This document shows, in pieces, positions 50,989 to 61,029 of a DNA stretch of 64,000 bases. The stretch's first letter is position 1. Each line of letters begins with the position of its first letter. Position numbers and translations under genes: made by a program. Source of the stretch: Actinomycetota bacterium (lineage in GTDB: Bacteria > Actinomycetota > Actinomycetes > S36-B12); the NCBI GenBank assembly GCA_016870195.1, contig VGCC01000005.1, forward strand, positions 19,126 to 83,125. Reading direction: 5' to 3'. The notes beneath the pieces are model-generated. The model did no database searches, was not told where the DNA came from, and worked only from the letters and a program-made list of their open reading frames with translations.

Positions 50989-52190
50989 GGGCGCGGCGTG
51001 GGCGTGCCTCCCCGGGCATCCGCCTCCTCGATCTCGGCACGCGTGATCCCTAGGAGGAAGAGCACCGAATCGAGATAGGGAACGTTCACGGATGCATCGG
51101 CAACTTCACGTGTCACCGGTTTGGCGTTGAAAGCGATCCCGAGGCCGGCCGCAGCGAGCATGTCCACATCGTTGGCACCATCGCCGATCGCCACCGTGCG
51201 GCGTCGGGGAATTTGGTACGTGGCTGCGAGTTCCTCGAGCACCTCGCGCTTGGCAACCCGGTCGATGATCGGTCCGATTACTCGTCCCGTGAGACGTCCA
51301 TCTGCGATCTCCAACTCATTCGCTCGCACTACGTCGACACCCAGATCCTGCCCAATCGGGGCGATGACGGGGGTGAAGCCGCCTGAGACCAGGGCAATGC
51401 GGTAACCCAATCGCTTCAGGGTGCGGCACAGTGTTCGGGCGCCGGGCGTGAGGGTGATCTCGTCGCGGACCTCATCAAGGACGCCTGCAGGAAGTCCGGC
51501 GAGTAGCGCCACCCGCTGACGTAGCGCCTCCTGGAAGTCGATCGTGCCTTCCATCGCGGACGTCGTGATGGCGGCAATTTCGGCAAGTCGGTCGGCACGG
51601 GCGGCGAGGAGGTCGATCACCTCGTCCTGAATGACCGTGGAATCGACGTCGAGTAGCACGAGGTACTGACCGCGCGCCTCCAGTGACTGATCCTGGATCG
51701 CGATGTCCACGCCACTGGAACTCGAAATCTCCGCGAGTTGCCGTCGAATCTGATCCGGGTCGAGTCCGGAACCGTCGAAAGCGATCGCGGTTACCGGGTA
51801 ATCAGCGATGCGATGGATTCGGTCGATGTTGCCGCCGTGGGTGGCAACCTCTCGCGCGACGAGGGAGACTGCATCCGGGAGCAACGGTGCGCCGAGGATG
51901 GTCACCCGGAACTTGCGGTCCATCATGTCGGGGTTCTCCGGCTCTCCGATCGCAACGTCGACATCCATGCTGAGCGTCGACGCGATCTCGCGGATGTGCT
52001 CCGCGCACGCCTCGAGGTTCGTGTCGTCGGTCAAGCCCTCGAGCAGGACCGCGAGGACCAGGCGTCCCCGGATCACCAACTGTTCGGTATCGATCACGCG
52101 CACGGGGTGTGCGCCGCAGGCACGGAAGATCTCACTGGACACGCCCGGCCGGTCCGAGCCGTTGACGGTGATGAGGAGGGTGCGACGCAC
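50985..52190 (-). CDS. serB: phosphoserine phosphatase SerB with N-terminal ACT domains
   Basis: It has two ACT-like N-terminal segments and HAD motifs DVDSTVIQDE, SGGF and GDGANDVDM. Confidence 0.92.
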   Translation of the reverse strand: MRRTLLITVNGSDRPGVSSEIFRACGAHPVRVIDTEQLVIRGRLVLAVLLEGLTDDTNLEACAEHIREIASTLSMDVDVAIGEPENPDMMDRKFRVTILGAPLLPDAVSLVAREVATHGGNIDRIHRIADYPVTAIAFDGSGLDPDQIRRQLAEISSSSGVDIAIQDQSLEARGQYLVLLDVDSTVIQDEVIDLLAARADRLAEIAAITTSAMEGTIDFQEALRQRVALLAGLPAGVLDEVRDEITLTPGARTLCRTLKRLGYRIALVSGGFTPVIAPIGQDLGVDVVRANELEIADGRLTGRVIGPIIDRVAKREVLEELAATYQIPRRRTVAIGDGANDVDMLAAAGLGIAFNAKPVTREVADASVNVPYLDSVLFLLGITRAEIEEADARGGTPTPRP

Positions 52191-52230
52191 GCGGACACGG
52201 TAGTGGGGCCCGGAACCTTAGGCTGCCCGG

Positions 52231-53010
52231 GTGAGGGTGCTGAGCATGCGGGGTGTCGGTGTCATCCGCGCAGGTCGATGGATCCTCGACGGCATCAATT
52301 GGGAGGTGGATGCGGGGGAACATTGGGTGGTTCTCGGCCCCAACGGCGCCGGGAAGTCCACCCTCATGTCGATCGCCGGTGCCCGGATGTTTCCGAGTCG
52401 AGGCGAGGCCGCGGTGCTCGGACACGAGTTGGGCGCGGTCCATCTGTCCGAGATCACGCCAGCGGTCGGGTACGTGGGTGCCGCGGAAGGCGAGCACATT
52501 CCCGATTCCGAGCGGGTGGTGGACGTCGTTGCCACGGCCGTGCACGGCATCCGGGGGAGGTGGCGCGAGACCTACGACCGGGTAGACATGGAGCGCGCGG
52601 TGGGCCTGCTGACCACCTGGGGCGTGGGTGGATTGGCCGATCGGCACCTGGGCTCCCTGTCCGACGGGGAGTGGAAGCGCGTGATGATCGCGCGCGCGCT
52701 GATGACGGACCCCGAGATGCTGATCCTCGACGAACCCGCTGCCGGTCTGGATGTGGCAGCGAGGGAGCACCTCGTCGCCGACCTCGAGCGGATGGCCCGC
52801 GATGAGCACGGGCCGTGCACCATCACGGTGACCCACCACTTCGAGGAAATTCCGAGTACGGCGTCTCACGCGATCTTGCTGAGCGCGGGTCACACGATCG
52901 CCCAGGGGCGACTTCGTGACGTAATCTCGGACGCGTCGATTTCTATGGCTTACGGCAGCGCATTGCATGCGGTTGAGTACGGTGGGCGATGGATGGTGGT
53001 GCGCGCGTGA
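52231..53010 (+). CDS. orphan ABC ATPase (ModF/YlmA-like, no adjacent permease)
   Basis: It shows GPNGAGKSTL, LSDGEWKRVMIARAL and ILDEPAAGLD. No TMD gene is nearby. Confidence 0.85.
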   Translation: MRVLSMRGVGVIRAGRWILDGINWEVDAGEHWVVLGPNGAGKSTLMSIAGARMFPSRGEAAVLGHELGAVHLSEITPAVGYVGAAEGEHIPDSERVVDVVATAVHGIRGRWRETYDRVDMERAVGLLTTWGVGGLADRHLGSLSDGEWKRVMIARALMTDPEMLILDEPAAGLDVAAREHLVADLERMARDEHGPCTITVTHHFEEIPSTASHAILLSAGHTIAQGRLRDVISDASISMAYGSALHAVEYGGRWMVVRA

Positions 53011-54473
53011 CACATCTCTGGATTCTCGGCGATCAGCTCGGTGCGCATTTCGACGATGACTCGCTGCCAAGTGTTCTGATCGAGTCACGATCCATGTTCC
53101 GTCGTCGGAGATATCACCGACAGAAGGCGCACCTGATCCTCACTGCAATGCGGATGCGGGCATCCGAAGACGATTCGATATTCGTTCGTGCAGAGACTTT
53201 TGCCGAAGGGCTCGCGCAGATCGGGACGCCCGTCGAAGTGTGGCATCCGCACAGTCGCGCCGCGGTGGCGATGGCGCGCAGGCTCGGTGCGGTGATTCGC
53301 GAGGGCACGCCCGGCTTCTTGACGTCGTGGGAGGAGTTCAACGCGTGGGCGCAGGGACGTGGTTCATCACGCCTGCTCCTCGAGGACTGGTACCGAACCA
53401 CGCGACGTGAACATCACATTTTGATGGAGGGCGACGATCCGGTCGGCGGGCGATGGAACTTCGATGAGCTGAACCGTGAGCCCCCACCGCGGGGCCGGGA
53501 TCAGCTCCTTGATCGAGCACCACTGTGCCCAACCGAGACCGATGTCGATCAGGAAGTGCGTGAGGTGCTGGACCGATGGGAGGCCGAGGGGATCGAATTC
53601 CTAGGCCATGACGCTCCCCGTCGTTTCGCTGCGTCGCGTGGTGAAGCTCGTGCGGCCCTCGACGATTTCATCACACATCGACTCGCGGACTTCGGCCCCT
53701 ACGAGGACGCGATGATGTCGGGTGATCCTTTCCTCGCGCACTCACTCCTGTCGGCGCCACTCAACCTCGGCCTGCTCGCACCCGGTGAGGTAATCGAGGC
53801 GGCTGTGCGTGCCTATCACGCGGGTTTCGCCCCGCTCCCGAGTGTCGAGGGATTCGTCCGACAGGTAGCGGGGTGGAGAGAGTACGTCTGGCATCTCTAC
53901 TGGCACCTGGGCGAGGACTACCCCGAGATGAATGTCCTCGAGGCGCGAACCCCTGGACCGACCTGGTTCGAGGAACTCGAGTCGACCGCGATCTCGGCCG
54001 CATGTCTCTCGGACGTGATGGCGGGGGTGGCCGAACGCGGCTGGGTACACCACATACCCCGGTTGATGATCCTGGCGAATTGGGCCTTGCAGCGCGGATA
54101 CGAGCCTCGGATGATCAACGATTGGTTCCAGCGTGCTTTCGTGGACGGCTATCCCTGGGTCATGGCAGCCAATGTCATCGGCATGGGTCTGTTCGCGGAC
54201 GGTGGCATTGTGGCAACGAAGCCTTACGCGTCGGGTGGGGCCTACATCAACCGGATGAGCAACTACTGCGGTGGATGTCGCTACTCGCCGACGGTACGTG
54301 TCGGTGACGATGCGTGTCCGTTCACCGCGGGCTACTGGTGGTTCTTGGACCGGAATCGCGAGCGACTCGCGGGCAACCATCGGATGTCGCGAGCGCTGGC
54401 AGGGCTGCGCTCTCGTCCGGACATCGGGGAGATCCGGGCGCAGGAGGAGTCGCGATTCGGGGCAGCACCGTGA
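53007..54473 (+). CDS. cryptochrome/photolyase family protein, FeS-BCP / (6-4) photolyase-like (COG3046 type)
   Basis: It begins HLWILGDQL. The C-terminal part shows WVHHIPRLM, YASGGAYINRMSNYCGGC...DDACPF, with four Cys residues placed as in PhrB-type [4Fe-4S] photolyases. The GTG at 53007 overlaps the ABC ATPase stop (ATG 52989 is also possible). Confidence 0.85.
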   Translation: MTHLWILGDQLGAHFDDDSLPSVLIESRSMFRRRRYHRQKAHLILTAMRMRASEDDSIFVRAETFAEGLAQIGTPVEVWHPHSRAAVAMARRLGAVIREGTPGFLTSWEEFNAWAQGRGSSRLLLEDWYRTTRREHHILMEGDDPVGGRWNFDELNREPPPRGRDQLLDRAPLCPTETDVDQEVREVLDRWEAEGIEFLGHDAPRRFAASRGEARAALDDFITHRLADFGPYEDAMMSGDPFLAHSLLSAPLNLGLLAPGEVIEAAVRAYHAGFAPLPSVEGFVRQVAGWREYVWHLYWHLGEDYPEMNVLEARTPGPTWFEELESTAISAACLSDVMAGVAERGWVHHIPRLMILANWALQRGYEPRMINDWFQRAFVDGYPWVMAANVIGMGLFADGGIVATKPYASGGAYINRMSNYCGGCRYSPTVRVGDDACPFTAGYWWFLDRNRERLAGNHRMSRALAGLRSRPDIGEIRAQEESRFGAAP

Positions 54474-54518
54474 TCGTGGTGACATGCTGGTGACCATGTC
54501 GGCAAGCCCGGGCTGCAC

Positions 54519-55118
54519 GTGGAGGAGTCCGTGAGGGGGAATCTCACCATTCCCAACGCGATCAGCGTCGCGCGGCTGGTCGGGGTCCCTCTGTTCCTGT
54601 GGTTGCTCCTCGTCGCTGAAGCCGATGTCTGGGCCTTTCTCGTCCTGGTGCTGGGTGGGGCCTCCGACTGGCTTGACGGGTATTTGGCCCGCCGCCTGAA
54701 CCAGTTCTCCCGGGTCGGGGAGATCCTGGACCCCCTGATCGACCGGTTGTATATCGCCGCGACCCTCGTCGGCCTCGCCCTGCGCGAGTTCATCCCTTGG
54801 TGGCTACTGGCCATCCTGGTCCTGCGCGACGTCCTGCTCGTCGCATTGCTCCCAATCTTGCGCCGACGGGGCAGGATCAGCCTTCCCGTCACCTATGTCG
54901 GCAAGACCGGGACCTTCGCGCTTTTGTGGGGATTCCCGCTTCTCCTGCTGGGGGGGCTGCCATTTCCCGTGGGTTCAGCGATCGTCGCCATCGGTTGGGC
55001 GTTCGCGTTGTGGGGAGCATTTCTTTATTGGTGGGCGGGTGTGCGCTACGCCCAGACCGCGCTTCGCGTGGACTACGCTGCAGGAGTAGAGAGGAGTCAA
55101 GGGCATGACACCCGGTGA
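54519..55118 (+). CDS. pgsA: CDP-alcohol phosphatidyltransferase (PgsA-type)
   Basis: It has the motif DWLDGYLARRLNQFSRVGEILDPLIDR (D-G-x2-AR-x8-G-x3-D-x3-D). Its position is equivalent to Rv1822. An alternative GTG lies at 54531. Confidence 0.88.
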   Translation: MEESVRGNLTIPNAISVARLVGVPLFLWLLLVAEADVWAFLVLVLGGASDWLDGYLARRLNQFSRVGEILDPLIDRLYIAATLVGLALREFIPWWLLAILVLRDVLLVALLPILRRRGRISLPVTYVGKTGTFALLWGFPLLLLGGLPFPVGSAIVAIGWAFALWGAFLYWWAGVRYAQTALRVDYAAGVERSQGHDTR

Positions 55119-55488
55119 GCTGCGCTACACGTCCAGCCACGAATGGATCCGGGACGAGACGGATGGCACGGTGACGTTCGGGATTACGGAGTATGCCCAG
55201 CATGCCCTGGGAGACATCGTCTTCGTCGCCCTGCCCAGCGTCGGGTCGACGCTGTCCGCAGGGGACTCGTGTGGCGAGATCGAATCGACCAAGAGCGTCA
55301 GCGAGATCTATGCGCCGGTGAGTGGTGAGATCGTCGCCGTCAACGGGGAGTTGGAGACGCGACCCGAGCGGGTCAATGCGGAGCCGTACGGTGGCGGGTG
55401 GTTCGCCCGGATGCACATGAGCGACGCAGGCCAGTGGGGGCAATTGCTCTCTGCAGCGGACTACGAAGCACTCACCGCGAGCGCTTGA
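55105..55488 (+). CDS. gcvH: glycine cleavage system protein H
   Basis: It shows the lipoyl-lysine context GEIESTKSVSEIYAP and is 127 aa. Confidence 0.96.
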   Translation: MTPGELRYTSSHEWIRDETDGTVTFGITEYAQHALGDIVFVALPSVGSTLSAGDSCGEIESTKSVSEIYAPVSGEIVAVNGELETRPERVNAEPYGGGWFARMHMSDAGQWGQLLSAADYEALTASA

Positions 55489-55498
55489 GGCCCCGGAC

Positions 55499-55975
55499 AT
55501 GAAGTGCACATCCTGTGGCGAGACGCTGGAGCCGGGGGATCGGTTCTGTTCATCGTGCGGCCATGCGGTTCCGGACGCTGACGACACCGGTGTGCTGCCG
55601 ACGGTTGCCGACAGCGGATCCCACCCCTCGGTCGGATCGGGAAGGGGAGCGGAGATCCCCTCGGGCGGCGCACTCCTGGTGGTCCATCGTGGACCTGGCC
55701 AGGGAACGGAGTTCTCACTTCCTGCGGATGCCGACGTCATCGGCGTCGGTCGTGCACCTGAATCCGATGTCTTCCTCGACGACGTCACCGTGAGCCGACG
55801 TCACGCAGAGTTTCGACGTGGTGCCGAAGGGTGGAGTGTCCGGGACATTGGCAGCCTCAATGGCACGTATGTGAATCGCGTGCGTGTGGACGATCAGAGG
55901 CTGCGCGGGGGAGACGAGGTTCAGATCGGCAAGTTCCGATTCGTCTTCCTGGTCGGCATCGACCCGGCAGGGTGA
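55499..55975 (+). CDS. garA: FHA-domain regulator, GarA/OdhI homologue with N-terminal zinc ribbon
   Basis: The FHA core is near-identical in pattern to GarA (DVFLDDVTVSRRHAEF...GSLNGTYVN...GDEVQIGKFRFVFL). The N-terminus reads CTSC-x10-CSSC. Confidence 0.88.
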   Translation: MKCTSCGETLEPGDRFCSSCGHAVPDADDTGVLPTVADSGSHPSVGSGRGAEIPSGGALLVVHRGPGQGTEFSLPADADVIGVGRAPESDVFLDDVTVSRRHAEFRRGAEGWSVRDIGSLNGTYVNRVRVDDQRLRGGDEVQIGKFRFVFLVGIDPAG

Positions 55976-55979
55976 TGTG

Positions 55980-56666
55980 ATGGCGGATGCACAACGGCGC
56001 GAGAGCGCCACGACGACCTTGAGCATCGGCGAGGTCCTGGGAATCCTCAAGAAGGAGTTTTCGGATGTGTCGATCAGCAAGATTCGCTTCTTGGAGACCG
56101 AGGGACTGGTGACACCCGCTCGAACGCCCTCCGGATACCGGCGTTTCTCGTCGAATGACGTGGAGCGATTGCGGTCCGTGCTCACGATGCAACGCGATCA
56201 CTATCTACCCCTGAAGGTCATCCGGGAGAACCTCGAGGGTGTCTCGGACGGTCCGGATATGGGTGCGATCGTCCCGCAGGATTTTCGGGCGGGTGGTGGA
56301 AGGGTTCGGCTCAATCGTGCTGAGCTCGCCGAACACGGTGCACTCGACGAGGGCGAGATCGACGAACTCGAGGCGATCGGCCTTGTGTGGCGTAACCCTG
56401 CGGGGCACTACGACGAAGAGGCCTTGGCAATCTGCACCATCGCCTCACGGCTCCGCGCCTTCGGAATGGAGTCGCGGCATCTCCGCAGCTTCCGGGTGGT
56501 CACCGACCGTGAAGCCGGTCTGATCGAGCAGATGATCACCCCCTATACCCGCGACCGCGACGGGCGAGCCCGAGCCCAGGAGGCGGTTCGGGAGATCGCC
56601 GCCCTGGTGATTCAGCTGCACGCAGTCCTGCTGCGGGCTGAGATGGTCCGCGCTGGTCGGGCCTGA
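55980..56666 (+). CDS. MerR family transcriptional regulator (Rv1828/FtsR-like)
   Basis: The MerR HTH reads LSIGEVLGILKKEFSDVSISKIRFLETEGLVTPARTPSGYRRFS. It lies downstream of garA, as in mycobacteria and corynebacteria. Confidence 0.88.
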   Translation: MADAQRRESATTTLSIGEVLGILKKEFSDVSISKIRFLETEGLVTPARTPSGYRRFSSNDVERLRSVLTMQRDHYLPLKVIRENLEGVSDGPDMGAIVPQDFRAGGGRVRLNRAELAEHGALDEGEIDELEAIGLVWRNPAGHYDEEALAICTIASRLRAFGMESRHLRSFRVVTDREAGLIEQMITPYTRDRDGRARAQEAVREIAALVIQLHAVLLRAEMVRAGRA

Positions 56667-56721
56667 TTCGCTCTGCACGAACACGACTGCGTCGGGCAGC
56701 TTCCCGTCGTACGCTGGTCGC

Positions 56722-57201
56722 ATGATCCCGATGGACGTCGTGGGCGTGCGCATGGAGATGCCGTCGAATACGCCGATAGTCCTGCTTCGGGAGGCTGAGG
56801 GCGTCCGGTATCTGCCGATCTGGGTGGGGGCCGCCGAGGCGACCGCGATCGCCTACGCGCACCAGGGAGTCGTTCCACCGAGACCGATGACCCATGACCT
56901 CATGAAGGACCTGCTCGAGGCGCTGGGGACTGAAATTCGTGAGGTTCGGATCACGGACCTCAGCGATGGGGTCTTCTACGCCACGATCGTGCTGTCCAGC
57001 GGAGTGGAGGTAAGCGCCAGACCCTCCGACGCCATCGCCCTCGCGCTTCGCACCGAGGCGCCCATCGTCGGTTCGGCCGAGGTCCTCGAGCAGGCCGGGA
57101 TCGAGATCGCGGACGAGGTGCCCGAAGAGGACCAGGTCGAGAAATTCCGGGAGTTCCTTGATCAGGTGACCCCCGAGGACTTCGGCACAGCCGGCACCTG
57201 A
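56722..57201 (+). CDS. bifunctional nuclease family protein (DUF151, Rv1829-like)
   Basis: It shows VLLREAEGVRYLPIWVGAAEATAI...RPMTHDL and an acidic tail. Confidence 0.88.
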   Translation: MIPMDVVGVRMEMPSNTPIVLLREAEGVRYLPIWVGAAEATAIAYAHQGVVPPRPMTHDLMKDLLEALGTEIREVRITDLSDGVFYATIVLSSGVEVSARPSDAIALALRTEAPIVGSAEVLEQAGIEIADEVPEEDQVEKFREFLDQVTPEDFGTAGT

Positions 57202-57342
57202 GGCTTCAGCAGACCTTGAGACTTTGCCCCGGGATACGCGCGTGTCGCGGGTGGGCCGGCGATGGAGGAGTTCGTAGATTCGTTCCACTGCCCCTCGTGA
57301 CCAGGCGAGTACCGTGGGGACCCGACCACGGGAGGCGGCCAG

Positions 57343-57903
57343 ATGTTCGAAGGGCAGCGTGACGGCCAAGAGAGCCTGTTCGATGCGGGGAGCCTCCGTC
57401 CGATTCCCGATCATGTCGGCTACCGCGGTCCGGTCGCGTGCGCGGCGGCCGGGATCACCTACCGGCAGCTCGATTACTGGGCGCGGACCGGCCTCGTGGA
57501 GCCCACGGTGCGCGGCGCCTCCGGTTCGGGCTCACAGCGTCTTTATAGTTTCCGTGATGTGCTGACCCTGCGGATCGTCAAGCGACTGATCGACACCGGT
57601 GTGTCCCTGCCCAACATCCGTGCAGCGATCGCCCACTTGGGCACTAGCGACGGCAGCGACCTTGCCAGCCTCACATTGATGAGCGACGGAGCGAGCGTGT
57701 ACGAATGTCGCAGCGCAGACGAGGTGGTCGACCTCGTTCGCGGCGGGCAGGGAGTTTTCGGGATCGCTGTGGGATCGGTCTGGCGAGAGGTGGAGGGGAC
57801 GCTCGCGACCCTTCCCGCCGAGGATCCAGCGGGGGAGCCAGTTGTGCCCGTCGAAGTCACCGATGAGTTGGCGCGCCGCCGGGCGAGCCGGGCTGCGGTC
57901 TGA
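57343..57903 (+). CDS. MerR family transcriptional regulator (Rv1830-like)
   Basis: It shows [46 protein letters not shown]. Confidence 0.88.
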   Translation: MFEGQRDGQESLFDAGSLRPIPDHVGYRGPVACAAAGITYRQLDYWARTGLVEPTVRGASGSGSQRLYSFRDVLTLRIVKRLIDTGVSLPNIRAAIAHLGTSDGSDLASLTLMSDGASVYECRSADEVVDLVRGGQGVFGIAVGSVWREVEGTLATLPAEDPAGEPVVPVEVTDELARRRASRAAV

Positions 57904-57939
57904 ACGGATTCGGCTAGACTTAGCTCGCTGCTTGAACCC

Positions 57940-58125
57940 GGGCGGGAGAGAACTGCACCAGCAGTCGCCGAAGGAGCAATCTCCCCGACAACCTCTCAGG
58001 CACAGGGACCGTCCGGGTAAGGCACCTCTGGAAGGCGAGACTTTGGTCTCCACCGACGGGGAAAGCCGCGAATGCGGTGAAACTCTCAGGTCGCGCAGTG
58101 CGCGGGCAACAGAGGGGGAGTGGTT
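57940..58125 (+). promoter_or_regulatory. tandem glycine riboswitch (two aptamers) controlling gcvP
   Basis: Aptamer 1 shows GGGAGAG...TCGCCGAAGGAGCAA...CTCTCAGGCACAGGGAC. Aptamer 2 shows CTCTGGAAGG...CCACCGACGGGGAAAGCC...CTCTCAGG...AACAGAGG. These match the GGAGAG / CACCGAAGGGGCAA / CUCAGG-GGAC glycine-aptamer consensus blocks. Confidence 0.85.
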
Positions 58126-58147
58126 GCCCCCTGCCCGAGAGGTGAAC

Positions 58148-60979
58148 ATGGAATTCGTCGGTCGTCACATAGGTCCACGTGATGCGGATGTCATCGACAT
58201 GGCACAGCAACTCGGTTTCGAAGATGCCGACGCACTCATCGCGGCGGTCGTTCCCGAGGTCATCGCCTGGACGAGCGGACTCGATCTCCCCGCGCCCCTC
58301 TCGGAGCCCGAGGTCACCAGGCGCCTCCGCGAGCTCGCATCAGCCAACACCGTCACGGTCCCGATGATCGGGCTCGGCTACTACGCCAGCCACACGCCGG
58401 CTGTCATCCGACGCACCGTGCTCGAAAACCCCGCTTGGTACACGGCGTACACCCCGTACCAGCCGGAGATCTCCCAGGGCCGGCTCGAGGCCCTCCTCAA
58501 CTTTCAGACCCTCGTCGAGGACTTGACAGCGTTGCCCATCGCCGGATCGAGCCTGTTGGACGAGCCCACTGCAGTGGCCGAGGCGATGGCCCTGGCGGTG
58601 CGCTCCACTGGGCGCGACCGGCTGCTGGTCGACTGTGATGCCCATCCTCAGACTCTCGCCGTGCTCAGCACCCGAGCGGAGCCGATCGGGGTGGAGATCG
58701 TGGTCGCGGATCTTGCAGGGCAGGGGCCCGCAGGTGAGTTCGCCGGCGTTGTGGTCGGCTATCCGGGGAGTTCCGGGCAGATCCGTGACATCCGCGAGGT
58801 GATCGCCCTGGCCCGCGATGGCGGTGCGTTGGCCATCGTGACCACGGATCTCCTCGCCCTCACCCTGCTCACCCCACCGGGGGAGTGGGGGGCGGACATC
58901 GTGGTGGGTTCCGCCCAACGCCTCGGTGTGCCGATGGGCTTCGGGGGACCCCATGCGGGTTTCATTGCCGTGCGGGCCGGGCTCGAGCGAAGCCTGCCCG
59001 GGCGCCTGGTTGGGGTCAGCGTCGATGCCGACGGGGCACCGGCGTACCGCCTGGCCCTGCAGACCCGCGAGCAGCACATCCGCAGGGAGAAGGCCACGAG
59101 CAACATCTGCACGGCCCAGGTTCTCCTCGCCGTCATGGCGAGCATGTACGCGGTCTACCACGGGCCCGAGGGACTCACCGCGATCGCGCAACGAGTCGCG
59201 CAGTCCGCCAGCAGGCTGGGGGAGGCCCTGAGCTCGGCGGGATTCGCGCTCGTTCACGATGACTACTTCGACACGCTTCATGTGCACGCGCCCGGCCGGG
59301 CGCGCGAATTGTGGGAAGCATGCCGGTCGAGGGGAATCACGTTGCGGCTGGTCGACGCTGACACCATCGGAATCAGCGTCGATGAGACCACCACGGCGGA
59401 GCATGTGGCCGTGGTTGCGGACGTGTTCGGTGCGCAGATCGGTGCTGCCGAGCACACAGCGATTCCGATTGAGCTGACGCGTACGTCGCCGTTCCTGACG
59501 CATCCTGTTTTCCATCAGCACCGTAGTGAGACATCCATGTTGCGCTACATCCGTCGTCTCTCCGATCGCGATGTGGCCCTCGACCGGTCGATGATCCCGT
59601 TGGGCTCCTGCACGATGAAGTTGAATGCAGCGACGGAGATGGAGCCGGTCACGTGGATGGAATTTGCGCACATGCATCCATTCGCACCGCTGGAGGACTC
59701 GGCCGGATATCGGGAAATGATCCGGGACCTCGAGGCGTGGCTCTGCGAGGTCACCGGGTACGACGCGATCTCACTGCAGCCGAATGCCGGTTCGCAGGGC
59801 GAGTTTGCAGGATTGCTTGCGATCCGCGGATATCACCGTTCACGTGGTGATGATCAGCGGGATGTCTGTCTGATTCCCAGCAGCGCACACGGCACGAATG
59901 CTGCAAGTGCGGTCATGGTGGGGATGACGGTTGTGGTCGTGCAGTGCGACGAGCAGGGGAATGTCGATGTCGCCGATCTTCAGGTCAAGATCGATGCGCA
60001 CGCTGATCGGCTTGCTGCGCTGATGATCACCTATCCATCGACTCACGGGGTCTTCGAAGAGGCTGTCGCGGACATCTGTGCGCGCGTCCACGCTGCAGGC
60101 GGGCAGGTGTATGTCGATGGTGCCAACCTCAACGCGCTCGTTGGACTTGCGAAGCCCGGCGCATTCGGCGCGGACGTCTCGCACCTGAACCTGCACAAGA
60201 CGTTCTGCATCCCCCATGGCGGCGGGGGACCGGGGGTGGGTCCCGTGGGGGTGCGCGCCCACCTGGCGCCGTTCCTCCCCGGGCACCCGTTGGTGCCGGA
60301 GGCCGGTCCGATGGGCCGCGGTCACATCAACGGCGGAGTGGGTCCCGTGAGCGGAGCGCCCTGGGGGAGCGCCGGAATCCTTCCGATTCCCTACGCCTAC
60401 ATCGCGATGATGGGGGGAGAGGGCCTGACCCGTGCGACCACGGTGGCCATCCTGAACGCCAACTACGTCGCGCACCGGCTACGCGACCACTACCCGATCC
60501 TGTACGCCGGTGATCGCGGGCTGGTGGCCCACGAGTGCATCCTGGACATTCGACCCATCACGGCTCGATCCGGCATCTCGGTCGATGACATCGCCAAGCG
60601 GCTCATCGACTATGGCTTCCATGCTCCGACGATGAGCTTCCCGGTCGCAGGGACCCTGATGGTGGAGCCGACCGAGAGCGAGGACCGCGCGGAGCTGGAC
60701 CGCTTCTGCGACGCCATGATCGCGATCCGGGGGGAGATCGCCCGGGTGGAATCGGGTGAATGGCCGGCGGATGACAATCCCCTGGTTCACGCCCCGCATA
60801 CCGCCGCGAGTGTCGTCGGGTCCTGGTCGCACCCGTACAGCGCTTCGGAGGCGGCCTTTCCGGGGACGGTGAACCCTGCGGACAAGTACTGGCCTCCGGT
60901 GCGGCGCATTGACGGTGCCTACGGGGATCGGAACCTGGTCTGTTCCTGCCCGCGGCCTGAGGAACTCGCCGCCACATAG
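58148..60979 (+). CDS. gcvP: glycine dehydrogenase (aminomethyl-transferring), P protein, single-chain
   Basis: It begins [10 protein letters not shown], shows SNICTAQ and the PLP lysine context [19 protein letters not shown]. The upstream track-ORF extension covers the riboswitch and is rejected. Confidence 0.97.
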   Translation: MEFVGRHIGPRDADVIDMAQQLGFEDADALIAAVVPEVIAWTSGLDLPAPLSEPEVTRRLRELASANTVTVPMIGLGYYASHTPAVIRRTVLENPAWYTAYTPYQPEISQGRLEALLNFQTLVEDLTALPIAGSSLLDEPTAVAEAMALAVRSTGRDRLLVDCDAHPQTLAVLSTRAEPIGVEIVVADLAGQGPAGEFAGVVVGYPGSSGQIRDIREVIALARDGGALAIVTTDLLALTLLTPPGEWGADIVVGSAQRLGVPMGFGGPHAGFIAVRAGLERSLPGRLVGVSVDADGAPAYRLALQTREQHIRREKATSNICTAQVLLAVMASMYAVYHGPEGLTAIAQRVAQSASRLGEALSSAGFALVHDDYFDTLHVHAPGRARELWEACRSRGITLRLVDADTIGISVDETTTAEHVAVVADVFGAQIGAAEHTAIPIELTRTSPFLTHPVFHQHRSETSMLRYIRRLSDRDVALDRSMIPLGSCTMKLNAATEMEPVTWMEFAHMHPFAPLEDSAGYREMIRDLEAWLCEVTGYDAISLQPNAGSQGEFAGLLAIRGYHRSRGDDQRDVCLIPSSAHGTNAASAVMVGMTVVVVQCDEQGNVDVADLQVKIDAHADRLAALMITYPSTHGVFEEAVADICARVHAAGGQVYVDGANLNALVGLAKPGAFGADVSHLNLHKTFCIPHGGGGPGVGPVGVRAHLAPFLPGHPLVPEAGPMGRGHINGGVGPVSGAPWGSAGILPIPYAYIAMMGGEGLTRATTVAILNANYVAHRLRDHYPILYAGDRGLVAHECILDIRPITARSGISVDDIAKRLIDYGFHAPTMSFPVAGTLMVEPTESEDRAELDRFCDAMIAIRGEIARVESGEWPADDNPLVHAPHTAASVVGSWSHPYSASEAAFPGTVNPADKYWPPVRRIDGAYGDRNLVCSCPRPEELAAT

Positions 60980-60990
60980 CCTGGGGTGTC

Positions 60991-61020
60991 ATTGCGTAGT
61001 ATTGATCAACTACGTAATAT
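60991..61020 (+). promoter_or_regulatory. AT-rich promoter plus 10-8-10 inverted repeat upstream of the recombinase gene
   Basis: The promoter has -35 TTGCGT (60992-97), a 17-nt spacer and -10 TAATAT (61015-20), with the ATG at 61030, so the transcript is probably leaderless. The inverted-repeat arms ATTGCGTAGT (60991-61000) and ACTACGTAAT (61009-18) match at 9/10 positions around the spacer ATTGATCA. Confidence 0.5.
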
Positions 61021-61029
61021 CATTGGGGC

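Noticed and set aside
58340-59677. A 445-aa ORF antisense to gcvP. Similar long shadow ORFs occur at 1352-2203(-), 3092-3886(+), 8354-9337(+), 19452-20396(-), 28906-29994(-), 32561-33631(+), 36926-37888(-), 51738-52805(+) and 60909-61817(+).
   Set aside because: These are typical high-GC artefacts. The translations are Arg/Gly/Pro/Ala-rich low-complexity strings with no recognisable motifs. Each lies fully inside a strongly supported conserved gene on another frame or strand.
60991-61018. The inverted repeat considered as the chromosomal dif site.
   Set aside because: Only the left arm loosely resembles the XerC half of E. coli dif (TGCGxA..A). The right arm lacks the conserved TTATG..AAA XerD half, and the spacer is 8 bp rather than 6 bp. 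I therefore kept it as a generic core-type or operator candidate.
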